NCBI RefSeq assembly: GCF_964204645.1
Contig: NC_134032.1
Span: 6,436,275 to 6,500,274, forward strand
Length of the DNA: 64,000 nucleotides
Reading direction: 5' to 3'
Source: Tubulanus polymorphus
Taxonomy: Eukaryota > Animalia > Nemertea
This document shows positions 47,435-60,469 of this stretch, piece after piece. Both the position numbers and the translations under genes were made by a program. Position 1 is the first letter of the stretch. Every line of letters starts with the position of its first letter. Under the pieces are notes generated by a model. It worked only from the letters and a program-made list of their open reading frames with translations. It ran no database searches and was not told where the DNA came from.

Positions 47435-49172
47435 AATAAAGAAGTTTCCAGTTTCTAGGCGCCATTTTGTGGCGGTCCCTCGAGGTCCCCATTGTTGCGA
47501 TAATTTGCGCTCATTTTTAAAACATAAGTTTAGATTGAATATCATATAGTTCTACAGTCCCTCGCTCGATGAAATCAATTTATACACCATTTTAAAGGAA
47601 ATGAAATGCAGATATTTGCTGGCGATTCTTAGAATTTTTGAACGCAACAATTGAGAACAGTGACGATGTGAAACCAAGGACCGCATATCTTAACCGCGCG
47701 TAAAAGAAATCGCAATATTTATTAATTTCAAAACATCTAAGTATCTCTTAAAGCTATATTTCCTATTTTCACAGAGGTTAAAGAGGGTTATTTGCAGTTT
47801 AAGCCTGCGTTAAATTTTTTGAATATCTTTACTGACGACTGATCTGTACCCGCTTGAGTTTGAGATTACGCGCAAAAGGGGTCTCCCACTGCGCACCGCC
47901 ATTTCACTGAACATTGAGATTTGTGAAAAGAAATCGCAAAAATAAGATTTTATACTGGTTTGTAATTATTAATATTGCTTCTGATGGTTATATATTACCT
48001 TTATTTTCGTATGGTTGAAAATGGACTTTGAGTGCTTTGATGAATTCGAGTTTTGGGAAATTAAAGGATTTCTTGTAAGAGTGGGGACTTTCCGTGTTGG
48101 TTGCAAATGTGGCCTAGTTGAGAACCTAATTTGCGTTTCAACCGAATGTACCACTCATGGTTGGACACTAGAAAACAAATCTAAGTTTTTATATATTTCT
48201 TAATATGTGGCGCAGCTGAAAGCTGGACGTTGACCCCCTAAAACAGAATATCAAATGGGGGACAGATATGAACCCCTTTAAATACTATATTGGAATTTTA
48301 TGTCAGTAAGGTTTTCTGGTCGATGTTTTCCAGCAAGAAGGCTGAGATTCAGTAAATTCATCGTATGATCCCAGAATGAGGGATTACCAGAGAGGGATAT
48401 GTGTTAAATATATCCTAAGCGTTTAAATTGACTGGCACATTTCACCATCGTAAAACGTTTGATTTCACCGAACACAAAATCGGCGCTAGGCTGGACGGGC
48501 TGTATACGACAATTCCTCAACTGCGCCGTTCAAACTTCAATAGCGGGACAAACAGGACCCCGAAACCAGCTAAACGAATTGCCCCCGCCAAAATACGGTT
48601 CAAACAAGATATGGATTATCATCTCAAAATATCCCCATGGAAAATGTGAAGAAATCAAATTGCATTTAAAGATTTCTTGTCGCAAATCTCAATGTTCAGT
48701 GAAATTGCAATGCGCAGTGGGAGGCCACTTTTGCGCGTAATCTCAAATTCAAGCGGGTACAGATCAGTCGTCAGGAAAGATATTCAAAAGATTTTAACGC
48801 ATGCTTAAACTGCAAATAACCCTCTTTAACCTCTGTGAAAATAAGATATATAGCTTCAAGAGATACTTAGATATTTCAAAATTAATATATATTGCGGTTT
48901 CTTTTACGCACGGTTAAGATATGCGGTCCTTGGTTTCACATCGTCACTGTTCTCAATTGTTGCGTTCAAAAATTCCAAGAATCGCCAGCAAATATCTGCA
49001 TTTCATTTCCTTTAAAATGGTGTATAAATTGATTTCGTCGAGCAAGGGGCTGCAGAACTATATGATATTCAATCTAAATTTATGTTTTAAAAATGAGCGC
49101 AAATCATCGCAACAATGGGGACCTCGAGGGACCGCCACAAAATGGCGCCTAGAAACTGGAAACTTCTTTATT
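47435..49172. mobile_element. Non-autonomous DNA transposon with about 500-bp TIRs (Harbinger/ISL2EU-like ends)
   Basis: 47435-47935 is the reverse complement of about 48671-49172 with high identity; ends AAT-AAAGAAGTTTCC...GGAAACTTCTTT-ATT. Confidence 0.85.
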
Positions 49173-49185
49173 GACAATTTAACCA

Positions 49186-49325
49186 CTTAAGGGTTCTTGT
49201 CGTCAAGAACCCTAATGTCTCGAAGAACCCATTCAGCATTCCATATTACTGAAGAACCTTAAAGCCTCACCAATAACCCCAAGGTTCTTCGAAGATCCCC
49301 TGAAGAACCCTTTGTTCTAAGAGTG
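49186..49325. mobile_element. Terminus of a CACTA/EnSpm-like element with AAGAACCC subterminal repeats
   Basis: Ends GAACCCTTTGTTCTAAGAGTG|TA. Confidence 0.6.
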
Positions 49326-49664
49326 TAGACGGACGTGGGCTGTACTTATCGACAGCATTTAACTGATCAATGAATCTACGTTCTGCTAGTATGACAATTA
49401 TCCCAAGACGGATTTACTTGAAACTGGTGTGAGAAAGGTACCTTAAGATAAGACCAGAGATCTTCGATTGGGAATCCCGTTCGCCCACCGCCCACCAGGG
49501 AGTGTATACTTTTGAAAATTCTTTCATCAAAAAGGACTATGTGATAGATATTTTTATCTTTTTGAGTTTTCAGCCCTGCGCGAGCACAGAAATTGTTCAT
49601 ATTTAGCCCGAAGTGTAAGCGAAGTGCAGGCGACCTCTCCTCACCTCTTTTGAGCGCTAATAAG

Positions 49665-50036
49665 AAACAAGTAACGGTTACTTGTTCCCGATTCGGTTTT
49701 ACTTACTGGTTGCCGGTTTGACCTTTTTGTTTGGTTTTGGTAACAGCGCATCCCCTTGTAACGAATACCTAAAAAAACCTAACTGGTGACCTTTCATAAC
49801 CTCTCTAAACCAGAATTCACCCTCGAAAAAGGAACAAGTAACCGTTACTTGTTCCAATTCGGCTTTACTTGTTCCCGTTTCGACTTGTTTACTTGTTACT
49901 GGTACCCATTTTGACTTTTTCGCCTCCAACTTCACTTAAACACCATACGTTAATCGATTCGGATGGTTTTAGTAACAGCGCATCCCTTATCGACCTCCAA
50001 AAAACCAACAGACGACCCCTCATAACATCTCTAGAG
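49665..50036. repeat. Palindrome-rich repeat with internal duplication
   Basis: AACAAGTAAC.GTTACTTGTT palindromes near 49667 and 49833; TAACAGCGCATCCC...CATAAC.TCTCTA duplicated. Confidence 0.65.
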
Positions 50037-50149
50037 GGCTGCTGCTTATTGCCATGTCGGATTCGTTTCTTGTTACTTATTCGCAAAGTGGCGTGGGCAT
50101 ACCGTTTTCCTCAGTCCAGACATTTACGAACATCAGGACTGTGAGGCAA

Positions 50150-51535
50150 GATGCCTCGGGCCTTTTCTGTGTCGCTGTAGTAAATGACCGATCAAAAGCG
50201 GTGATATTCCTGGACACTGGTGCCTCCTACACCATCAATATAGGTCCAGTGTATGACTTAGTGCGACAGGTGTAGCCGCTACAAGAGGCCGATCGAAGGA
50301 ATTGTGACAACAGCTACTACTGGCCTGAGAGTTGGAAGAGAATTTCATGTTTCCATGATTGTCAGCGAGGATTTGGCCCAAGACAGCTTGCTCGGAAGTG
50401 ATTTCCTCGAGAAATATGGCTGCAACGTATAGATTACCGCAATGAACTGCTCCGCTTCGGAAGCCTCAGCGAGGTGCCTGTTCGGTAAGAGCCAAATCAT
50501 TCCAGCTTGAACCGAAGTGGTAATAAGTGGGTACATGAAATGGAGTTATGCTCGAATTAATTCAACCTCAGGAATAATCAGCAGTTGTGGACAGAATAAT
50601 TTCTACATTGGCAAAACGTTGGTGGTGCCTGAGGAAAACCAGATACATGTTTGGCTGGCTAACTTCTCGGATGAGGCTTGCAGATTCAACAGAGGCCAAT
50701 AGAGACCCGACTATTCGGTCTATTCTGTCCCCTGCAGTCAGTTGACATCATGACTTTTGATGAACAGACTCAAAACCCCTCAACCCCATAAATCCAGCTG
50801 CAGGGTGGTGACAATGCTGAGTTCTCACAATTGAGAGAATTGAAAATCGAAGATCGAAATACACACATGAAAACACTGCTTGCTGTTATCGTACGAGAAC
50901 ACAGGGAGGTGGGAGTGTTCACTCCCACCTGCCTGGAGAACACAAGTCAGTATTTAAGATGGGAGACTTTGACCTTGGTCGAACAGATTCGCTTTAATTC
51001 GAGAGTGACAACGGTGACCACCCTCCGATAAAAAAAATTTACCTCCATCGGCTACCCCGTGGTAGAAGAGCTTTTGTCGAGGGAACGACCAAGGAGCTTT
51101 TAGAGCACAACTTAATCCGGTCACCCATCATCCCTTGGACAAGCCCGATAGTTCTAGCTAGCTGATGGTTCCCTCCGCTCATGCTGCGATTACCGCCGAT
51201 TCAATGACGCGACAGACTAGGACGCCCACACGTTAGGTAGGATTGACAGTACCCTTGAGGCGCAACCTGGTTCTCGTCCCTCGATTTGACCAGCGGGTGC
51301 ATTCACAACTGAAAACGACCTGTTTGAGTGGAATGTCATGCCGTTTGGAGTCTGTAATGAGACGTTATTCAGCAGACTGATGTCAATGGCACTGGACGAT
51401 GTTGCTTGGAAAAGATGCCTCATCTGCCTCGATGATGTAGTGGTGTTTTGCCATGATTTACCAACCCACCTGACACGGCTACTAGAGGCATTTTGCTCTC
51501 AGAAAGCCGGCCTCAAGCTCAAACCGAGAAAGCTT
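50150..51535 (+). pseudogene. Degenerate Ty3/Gypsy pol fragment (protease and RT)
   Basis: FLDTGAS, LLGSDFL, SPWTSPIVL, DYRRFN, MPFGVCN, CLICLDDVVVF, AGLKLKP.K with many frameshifts. Confidence 0.88.
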
Positions 51536-52029
51536 GTTTTAGATGGTGCTGACACCTTTTTCCTAACGGGTTTGGCTATTTCAGATGAACAAGGATCATG
51601 TAGCAAATCATCGTTTCAGCTGCTACTGAATTTCCTATTCCATACTTTCAGATGTCGCCAGAACTCATAAATCTTATCCACTAATTTCTAAAACACTTCG
51701 ATATTCTCATTTATTATTAGTTAGACTTAAATGTGGAAAAACTCCCAACCGATTTAAGATACCAAGCGATTAGCGCACTGAAATAATTTCTCAATCTTTC
51801 AATCTTATTGTACATGTAACCAATTAGTGAAACTATTTTTGTATCATTTATTGTAAACATATGTAACATTCATATTTCAATTCATGAGATTTTATAATAA
51901 AAAGGTTTATATGATATTAATTTAATGCGATCCTTATCATCAGTTTTTTTTTATCCACATGAGGATTAAGGGAGCAGTCAAACGTAACAGAGGATGGACA
52001 AACCATGAAAAGCTTGAGCACTCAAAAAA

Positions 52030-52273
52030 TGAATGAGGAACCCTAAAAATAAATTACCTAAAATGGTTCCCCAAAGAACCCTGTCAAGAACCATTTGATA
52101 ATATTGAAAGGGGTTCTTACAAGAGCCCATTATATGAAATGGTTCTTCAAAGAAGCTCTACCAGGGGTTCTTCAAGGAACCCTACAAAAAAGGTTCTTTG
52201 AAGGGGTTCTCCCTGGGAGGCAAGCCCAAGAACCCCTAAAGGTTCTAAGGTAGAACCCTTTGTTCTAAGAGTG
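52030..52273. mobile_element. Second terminus of the same CACTA/EnSpm-like family
   Basis: AAGAACC and GGTTCTT repeats ending GAACCCTTTGTTCTAAGAGTG|TA. Confidence 0.6.
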
Positions 52274-53772
52274 TACACCGGCTATTTCAATCCGGGTTTT
52301 AATGTACGCAGGTTCGACGAAAACCCGCGTTCGCAGTGTAGCATCTACACGCTCAGCTTCGGTGGTACGAATCCACATCTGTAGTTCAAGTTCATGGTCA
52401 AATGTGGTCCCGAACGCTGCATTGAACACCGGTTTACTAGAGAATATGTATGGAAGCCCTGAGACAACACCTTGCATTCATGAGTTCCCCAGTTCATAAC
52501 ATCCAGAGTTTATGATATTTCGAGTTTATTTGGGCATGTACAACACTATGAAATTACGCGACATAAAGAATCCTATGATAAGGTTGTTAAATCCGTTTAC
52601 GTCATGAATTTTCTACAAAAATGATGTCCCGCATCAACCAAGACTGGTTGACTGTGTCCAATTCTGCACTGGTAGTCAACTGAAGTCGACCGGCAACCAG
52701 TCTATCATCAGCCATCAGCTTTCTTGATGGTTTATAGAAAATAACGCGGGTCCAATATGCGGAGTGTGACCCTTCTTTTTTTCAAGAAGGGTTTCTAAAA
52801 TCTGGGTTTTGCGGAAGACTCTGCATTGAACCCGTGTTTCGAGCGTAGTGGAGATGCGTAACCCAGGTAGAAGAAGCAAGTGTAGTAAGATATAGCTAGA
52901 AATACATCAGATCCGTTCACTGAAGATGATTACCTCATTCCATTCAGTCAGCAACGTAGGCTACATTAATATTATAGAAATGTGAGCGCAATTTCACACA
53001 CGCACGCACACACGCAAATTAATGGCAAATTCAATCTGCTACAGCAAGCTCAGAAGGGCAGCATCACGAGGTCATAGAGGATGATCGAAATGTTTTTTGT
53101 TCTCCGCTCTAAACAGAATTTGAATTTTATGTTCCGTGTGCGCACATTCATTGCCATGGATTACCACTGACTTCATTGTAATGTCCACATGTACATACCT
53201 AATATCACTTGGCAATAGGCTAACTAGAAAATGAATCAAATCGGTCCGTTTTATGTTTTACCGACACTTACGTATGATGATTAACCTACGGGCAATTATC
53301 TAACTAGATAATTGCTCGTAGGATTAACGAAGATGAGGCCCTATAGGGCCTATGCGTTTGACTCGTTCGATGGATCTTGAAATTTTTTTATTAGTTAGAC
53401 ATACGAAATTGTAGCAATCTATCGATTGGATCGAAATATTTTATTCGAGTCCGACTTACTGTGTGATAAATATTTTTTATCTTTTCGAGTACAAAAATTG
53501 TTCATATTATCCCGAAGTGTAAGCACTTAACAACCGCAAACTCTTTGTTGGGAAGGAACGCTTAGATACCATTATTGATATCGTTTGACTTGAAAGAATT
53601 GGCTCAAGTCCATTATAGCATTAAATAGTTCCAGCAGAGACTTATCACATTGGACTGGTATTTGGAATTAATCCGCCAATATTGGACTGATTGAATCTTA
53701 CGACATTACGCCATAGGACGTGCGGCTCAACTCCAGAACAGGTAAAAGTAGAGATCTATCAATCCTAAATGT

Positions 53773-54015
53773 CGGCCGATTCTACTCGTCGACAATGTCT
53801 ACAACCCCGATTGTCGTCCGATTCTACTCGTCGACAATGTCTACAACCCCGATTGTCGTCCGATTCTACTCGTCGACAATGTCTGCAATCCTGATTGTCG
53901 ACCGATTCTACTCGTCGACAATGTCTACAACCCCGATTGTCGACCGATTCTACTCGTCGACAATGTCTGCAATCCTGATTGTCGACCGATTTTACTCGTC
54001 GACAATGTCTACAAT
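53773..54015. repeat. 42-bp minisatellite, about 6 copies
   Basis: CGATTCTACTCGTCGACAATGTCT(A/G)CAA...GATTGTCG with period 42. Confidence 0.95.
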
Positions 54016-54029
54016 CATGTTTATACAAT

Positions 54030-55015
54030 CTTATATAGAGTGGCTGGGATCGAGGGGCTGCGTGTGTGCGTGGATTACCCTTATATAGTGGCCGGGATCG
54101 AGGGGCTGCGTGTGTGCGTGGATTACCCTTATATAGTGGCCGGGATCGAGGGGCTGCGTGTGTGCGTGGATTACCCTTATATAGAGTGGCCGGGATCGAG
54201 GGGCTGCGTGTGTGCGTGGATCACCCTTATATATAGTGGCTGGGATCGAGGGGCTTTGAGGTGCGTGGATTACGCTTATATAGAGTGGCCGGGATCGAGG
54301 GGCTGCGTGTGTGCGTGGATTACCCTTATATAGTGGCCGGGATCGAGGGGCTGCGTGTGTGCGTGGATTACCCTTATATAGTGGCCGGGATCGAGGGGCT
54401 GCGCGTGTGCGTGGATTACCCTTATATAGAGTGGCCGGGATCGAGGGGCTGCGTGTGTGCGTCGATCACCCTTATATATCGTGGCTGGGATCGAGGGGCC
54501 GCGTGTGTGCGTAGATCACCCTTATATTAAGTGGATGGGATCGAGGGGTGGTGTGTGCGTGGATTACCCTTAATATATAGAGTGGCTGCTATCGAGGGGC
54601 TGCGTGTGTGCGTGGATGACCCTTTATAATGAGTGGCCGGGATCGAGGGGCTGCGTGTGTGCGTGGATCACCCTTATATAAAGTGGCTGGGAGCGAGGGG
54701 TGGTGTGTGCGTGGATTACCCTTATATAGAGTGGCTGCTATCGAGGGGCTGCGTGTGTGCGTGGATTACCCTTATAATGAGTGGCCGGGATCGAGGGGCT
54801 GCGTGTGTGCGTGGTTTACCCTTATATGATGTGGCTGGGATCGAGGGGCCGCGAGTGTGCGTGGATTGTGTGCGTGGATTACCCTTATATGATGTGGCTG
54901 GGATCGAGGGGTGGTGTGTGCGTGGATTACCCTTATATAGAGTGGCCGGGATCGAGGGGCTGCGTGTGCGTGGATTACCCTTATTTAAAGTGGCTGGGAT
55001 CGAGGAGCTGCGTGC
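54030..55015. repeat. 42-44-bp minisatellite, more than 20 copies
   Basis: GTGGC(C/T)GGGATCGAGGGGCTGCGTGTGTGCGTGGATTACCCTTATATA. Confidence 0.97.
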
Positions 55016-55033
55016 TTCCATCAGTTGATTTTC

Positions 55034-55117
55034 ACAATCAGGATTGTAGACATTGTCGACGAGTAGAATCGATCGACAATCGGGGTTGTAGACATTGTCG
55101 ACGAGTAGAATCGGTCG
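55034..55117. repeat. Two inverted copies of the 42-bp unit from 53773-54015
   Basis: TTGTAGACATTGTCGACGAGTAGAATCG occurs twice. Confidence 0.93.
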
Positions 55118-55119
55118 CA

Positions 55120-55425
55120 GCCGAATTACTCCTTTTCTATAAATGTATCTTTGAGCGGGGAACTATTCCACGCTATACTGGACTTGAAACAAAGAGGGGC
55201 TCAAGTCCAAAGAAGTTGTTACTGTACTAATTGTATCATCGGTGATTTGGGTGATGTATATCACTGTCTACTTGTTTGCTCTCGAAATACTGAGTCGAGA
55301 AGGCGTTTTATACCCGCGACAAATACTGGAAACTTCCGAACATTGTTATACTGTGAACTAATAAATTGTTAAGATGAAGTAATAACATCTAACCTTGTAC
55401 AATTTCTCAAAAGCTGTGAATCATT
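55120..55425 (+). mobile_element. Degenerate RTE-X-like LINE 3' end
   Basis: CTNCIIGDLGDVYHCLLVC...RRRFIP Cys/His motif. Confidence 0.65.
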
Positions 55426-55449
55426 GTTAAAAATTATTTTCTTTAAAGT

Positions 55450-56300
55450 TTGTACTGTAGTACAATTCTTTATTCGTAGAGCATTTTATCTTACATACTT
55501 TTTGTTTCGTCAACGCATTTTCATCAATGTGTACCCTTTGTTGAATGTGGTTGAAATTTCCACACCTCCTTACCGTATATCTCAGAACTGATGAGACTAA
55601 TTTCGTTTTCTTTTGAAATCGGGCGAGTCGATTTTGGACTTCAGAATCTTGACAAACAAGGTACACGCCTAATATATTAACATCTACATGTAGCTGTAAT
55701 ATTTGTATAACAGGTCCATTGGACAGACACAAAATGTTAATTTGTGAGTTTAGGTCGAGTTTATCGTTTCGTTATTGCTAATCAATTACAATTCAAGGAG
55801 TTAAGATCAAACCTCGAATAGCGCACTGTTTTCCCAAGACTAACCCAATTGGATTGTTCACTACGGGACCATGGTATGGCCTTAGAAATGTTGCCCGCAC
55901 GCCGTGAGCAGTCAGCAGGACTCGATTGAGCCGCATTGGTACCCAGCTCTAACAGAAAATGCAAAAGCACGATGCCTTATTCCACTGGGCTACTGAAGCG
56001 ACTTCCGAAATTTTCAGAACTTCGATTACGAAAGGCTTTGTTTGTAAATTACTTTAAACTCGCATTACTTTACCCCTAGTTTGTCGTTTGACTTCTTTGT
56101 TTTCTTCATTTGTTTTTCAGTTTTTGTTGTTATAACTATTTTAAGCATAATCCTTTTTCTTTAATCTTAATCCTTTGTCTGATTCTTGTATAAATATTCT
56201 GTTATTTCATTTTGTTCTTAGTACGCCTGATGATGGTTAAGAGCATTTAGCCGAAACGTTGCTCGAAATATAATCATTTTAATATATTTCTTTTCATTTT
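55450..56300 (+). mobile_element. Degenerate Penelope-like element 3' part (GIY-YIG remnant and hammerhead motif)
   Basis: NIY...C.IC...IGQT across frameshifts near 55680-55735; T-rich tract; CTGATGA (56227), stem GGTTAA/TTAGCC, GAAACGTT. Confidence 0.55.
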
Positions 56301-57689
56301 TGGCTGAATTCATTGAGGGATTGCTCTCGTCATCATCATAAACGGATATTGTGTATCTTCTCGTCTCATAATCAATGATCCAAATAAAGAGGAGCGACAA
56401 ATTCCCTATTTCATGATCGAGAAAATCAGTAGAAAAAAAGATATGAACTGTGGAACTGGACGTATCGGCCCCACTCCGCGCGGGTGCGCCACCGTGCGGG
56501 ATTTACGCGAAGCAGCAAACACAAACATGGCCACTCTCTCAATTTTCAATGATAGAAATCGTGTGTGCATTTCAATTATTTCGGCTGTTAGGGTTTTAAG
56601 GCACAATATAAGTTGATGATGTGATATGGCGATGTTAATTAATGATAATTCCGCAGTGAAGCTAGTCACGAACGGTGCCGATTGAGTGTACAGCTGCCAA
56701 AAACACTGAAATGTGCGTAGTTGCGTAACTATTTGTAGTGAATTGCAGACGAAACATGAAGCCTTAACGGCCGTTTAAAAAAAAATTATACCAATCGCAA
56801 TTGTAAAATAAAAATGAGATAGAACCTAAGTTAAAATTCTGGCCATTTCTAAAATGTTATTACTAATTTTTAGTCAGTGCGGAACGTTTAGTTTTCCAAC
56901 AATAATGAGGGGTGGTAGGTAGTCATATGCTATTCAAGTCATCATTTATTACACGTTACTTCCGTGTTGTTGAAAATCTCGCGAGTCCTGGACCAAACCC
57001 CAATGAACAATGTGATCTGTGTGCTGGCCACAAATGCACACAGATCACACTACACTACCCATTACACACTCCAGTACCCACAGCTTTCATATATCCATCC
57101 AAATATTTAGAGTGTCTTTCTTCCTGGATTCGATTATTTCGAATGAATCGTTCAACAATACAAAGGGATTGAAATATCAAGTATTGAACGAAATAAGACA
57201 TTTCGATTTGAACTTTTATTCACATTGACCGTTTGTACACTGTGATTTCTATAATGACTATAGCAATCAGAATAGATTACCGCCATGACCGGTAACTAGC
57301 TAGAACCATGCAGTTCGACAGCTGGGAGTAGAGAGTTTACCTCATCGAAAATGAAATGATTTTTATTCAAACAGTTACTCTTACTAACAAGTGTCGAACT
57401 GGAATCAGTACATAAAAAACTGTGCACAGCGTTTAAACTTTAATCCGCAGTTTTGGGCAAAAACCTTGACGCCCAAACTTTGTTGATTTCGGCGGCGGCG
57501 TTTTTCAGGCAGACTGCCGTACATTCGTTCTCGATTGCGAATGGCTTACCCACGCCGCACTGGTCTCCTAAAAATACAAGAAAAAGGAAATCGTAACATC
57601 AAATATGCGATGCGATGCGACGCAACGCGATCGGTTCGGCTCCGGGGCTCGTGATAATCAGAGGCAATTGGCTCCGTGACAAACAGAGT

Positions 57690-58510
57690 CAAGCCCGTAG
57701 CCAGGATTTTGAAAGGGACGTTCTTAAATTATAAAAAGGGCACTTTTGCATGTTTTGTATCTCAGGAAAGCGAGCATCATATGCTCAAAAACAGAGTTCT
57801 GGCTGGGTGCGAATTTAGAGAGGGTGGAACATATTTGATTGTGTTTGGATGGCGACCGCGAGCGCCGTAGGCGCGAAGCCCCACGAGGGGGGGGGGGTTT
57901 AGGGGTCCTGCCTCAAGAGAATTTCGAAAAATGGAAACGTTTAAGATGCATTTCTGGGCAAATTCTAGTGACTATTTCATACAAAAATGTCACTGAAAAA
58001 ATGCTGGAGTCTCATCCTTCGTTTAAGGAGACTGTCTATATCTACTATTCGCAACCAACATCCCCCTCTGGGTACGGTCCTGTAAGTAACTCTGGATGTT
58101 TAATAGTTCAATTTGAAATGTTTGCTAACTACACTCGTCTTGGGTGTTATCCCGCGAATATTTTCGTCACAGCCTTTGTATCTATATCATCAACGTAATG
58201 TATGCGCATGAGGGCCAAGGGGGTTAACCCTTTCGAACGTCATTGAACATTGCATGTAGTCGTTTCACCGACGTAGTGTGAGCCTAGTGTCAGCCACATG
58301 TGTTCATGTAAACATTACAACAACGGATTGCCAGCTGAGTCGCCGGTAAACATCTCAAGTGGTGCCTCTAAACCTGTTACATTTACCAACCAAATAAATG
58401 ACAAGGACAATCCCTATTTTAAGATCAAAAACCTGTTACATAGGCTAGAAATTACCAAAATCATGAAAGGCACTTTCTTAAAAAGGGGCGTTCGTTCGGC
58501 TACGGGCCTG
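57690..58510. mobile_element. hAT-like MITE(s) with CA(A/G)GCCCGTAGCC...GGCTACGGGCCTG termini
   Basis: Inverted termini at 57690 and 58510, an extra right-end-like copy near 58082; no matching 8-bp TSD seen. Confidence 0.5.
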
Positions 58511-60469
58511 AGAATTTATACTTAAAGTTTATTGCAAATGATATGACTTACGATAACAACCATGCAGATTTTCTTGCACCTTCGCCAGCGCTTGTTCATA
58601 CGTGATTTCTTCGCTATTTTCGGCGACGATTTCTCGGGGCAACAAAACCATCGAGACAAACAAGAACGTAACACACCTAATAAAACTGAACCCGGTCTAC
58701 AAAAAGAAACAAATACATTCAACGGAATAAGTAGAGGATACACTTGACGTCATTTCTTTTTAAAGACTGATTTGCTAAGAGTGTGAACGCGAATCGGTGC
58801 CGAAATTGAAAGGAAAGGCCTAGTGATGAAAATGGCTCGAGGTGGAACAAAAATAAGGCTTAAAATTGATACATTGTTTCTGAAAATGTGTGCTCAGCTA
58901 AAAGTTCAACCGGCCGGTTCACTAAATACCCTATAACTTTTTGAGTTTTGATATTCGTTTCTTACATACCATCGTAGTTCTATTCTGGGTAAGTTTCTCT
59001 CATGACGGTCTTCTCTGACTACGCAGCTGACTGTCTGTGCGGGACTTTATGTAGTTACTTACGGCGTGACATACAAATGCATGAAATGGACCGGGAAAAC
59101 TATCATTTAGTATTTAAAGACTCACCGTACAGGTATTCTATTGGTGTGGTATTCAATTTGTAGCTCCAACAATGAAATAGCCCAACGTACAATACAGTTA
59201 TTTTCCATCGCGTTTATAAAGTATAAGCCGACCTTCGCAGAGCTCTGTTGATTTTCAACCCCTGTGCCCTTTAAAAAGAAAATTTTAAAATTTGGGGGGG
59301 GGGGACGGGGCAATTTTTCCACTTAAATGAAAAAATGAAATAAAATTTGTCCCGAGAAATAATGCCCCTGAAATATTCCATAATGTAGAAGAAATGTCCC
59401 AGTCCATCAGTACTAATTAAGTAAGTTTCACATTAAAATAACACCAGAGAACAAACATGGTTATTGTGTAAATTGCGCACTAACCATAGAAAAAGAATTC
59501 ATTGAGTGGCCATGAGCATTATAGGCCTAGAATTTTGGCACTAATTAATTTTGCCTACAGAGAACACGTGAACTCATTGCATGACACTTCAAATTCAAGA
59601 AAATTTAACAATTCAATCAAATGCGTATTAAAATCATCAATGGAGTAGATAATGAATAGTTATCAGGTAGTTATCAGGTATGCATAATTACTTAGATGAT
59701 ACGTCAAATATAAGAAGGTTTAAAATTTATAAAACAAACCAGCTAATCAAATGGAGATCTTAAACTTTTGCGTTCGCGAGTGTATGTGTGACTTTCTTAA
59801 GTCAGGTTGTGAAAATGTCATCGTGGCATGAAATAGGGGCCTGGGCATTGGGCCCCTTGGACCCACCCATGCCAGTTCATATTTATACAGACCTGATTAG
59901 AATAAGAGCAATATATATATAGGCATACTCGTGGTATAGTACCTGTCTTGACCTGTATATATTTTGAATATATTATTCGACCTACGTAGAATATGTAATT
60001 TTCTTTATTAAGCTTACAGTTATTTTATATATAACCCGATAATGATGCGGTACAGATCGACTCCACAGCTTTACCAAAACGTATTGGGCGTCGACAGAAG
60101 AACTGCAGCATTTTGATTTGAAACGCAGTCTCAAATGTTTTGTGACTTTCTCAAAATGTATCAAAAATTTAACTAGTTTTTAGTTCATAAGTCCTCAAAT
60201 ATTCATAAATGAACAGTTAAAAATTGTTGAAACATGTCGACTCTGCCGTAAAATCAACCTATTAACCGTCCGGAATGTGGGATAATGTCGGGCTTTAGAG
60301 AACATAATGCCCCCGAGGTCTTCACATTTACAGGAAAGATTACGTAAGTGATCCACGCGCAGCGCGCGATAGGCGCACAATAGAAATCTGAGCCGCTCGT
60401 TCTTTGAGTGTCACCAATTAAGAGGACCGCTATTGTGAAAATTGACCTTGTGCACAGATATAAATTACA

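Noticed and set aside
53773-55117. CRISPR-like appearance of the 42-44-bp arrays
   Set aside because: Units are head-to-tail with no unique spacers, there are no cas genes, and the context is eukaryotic.
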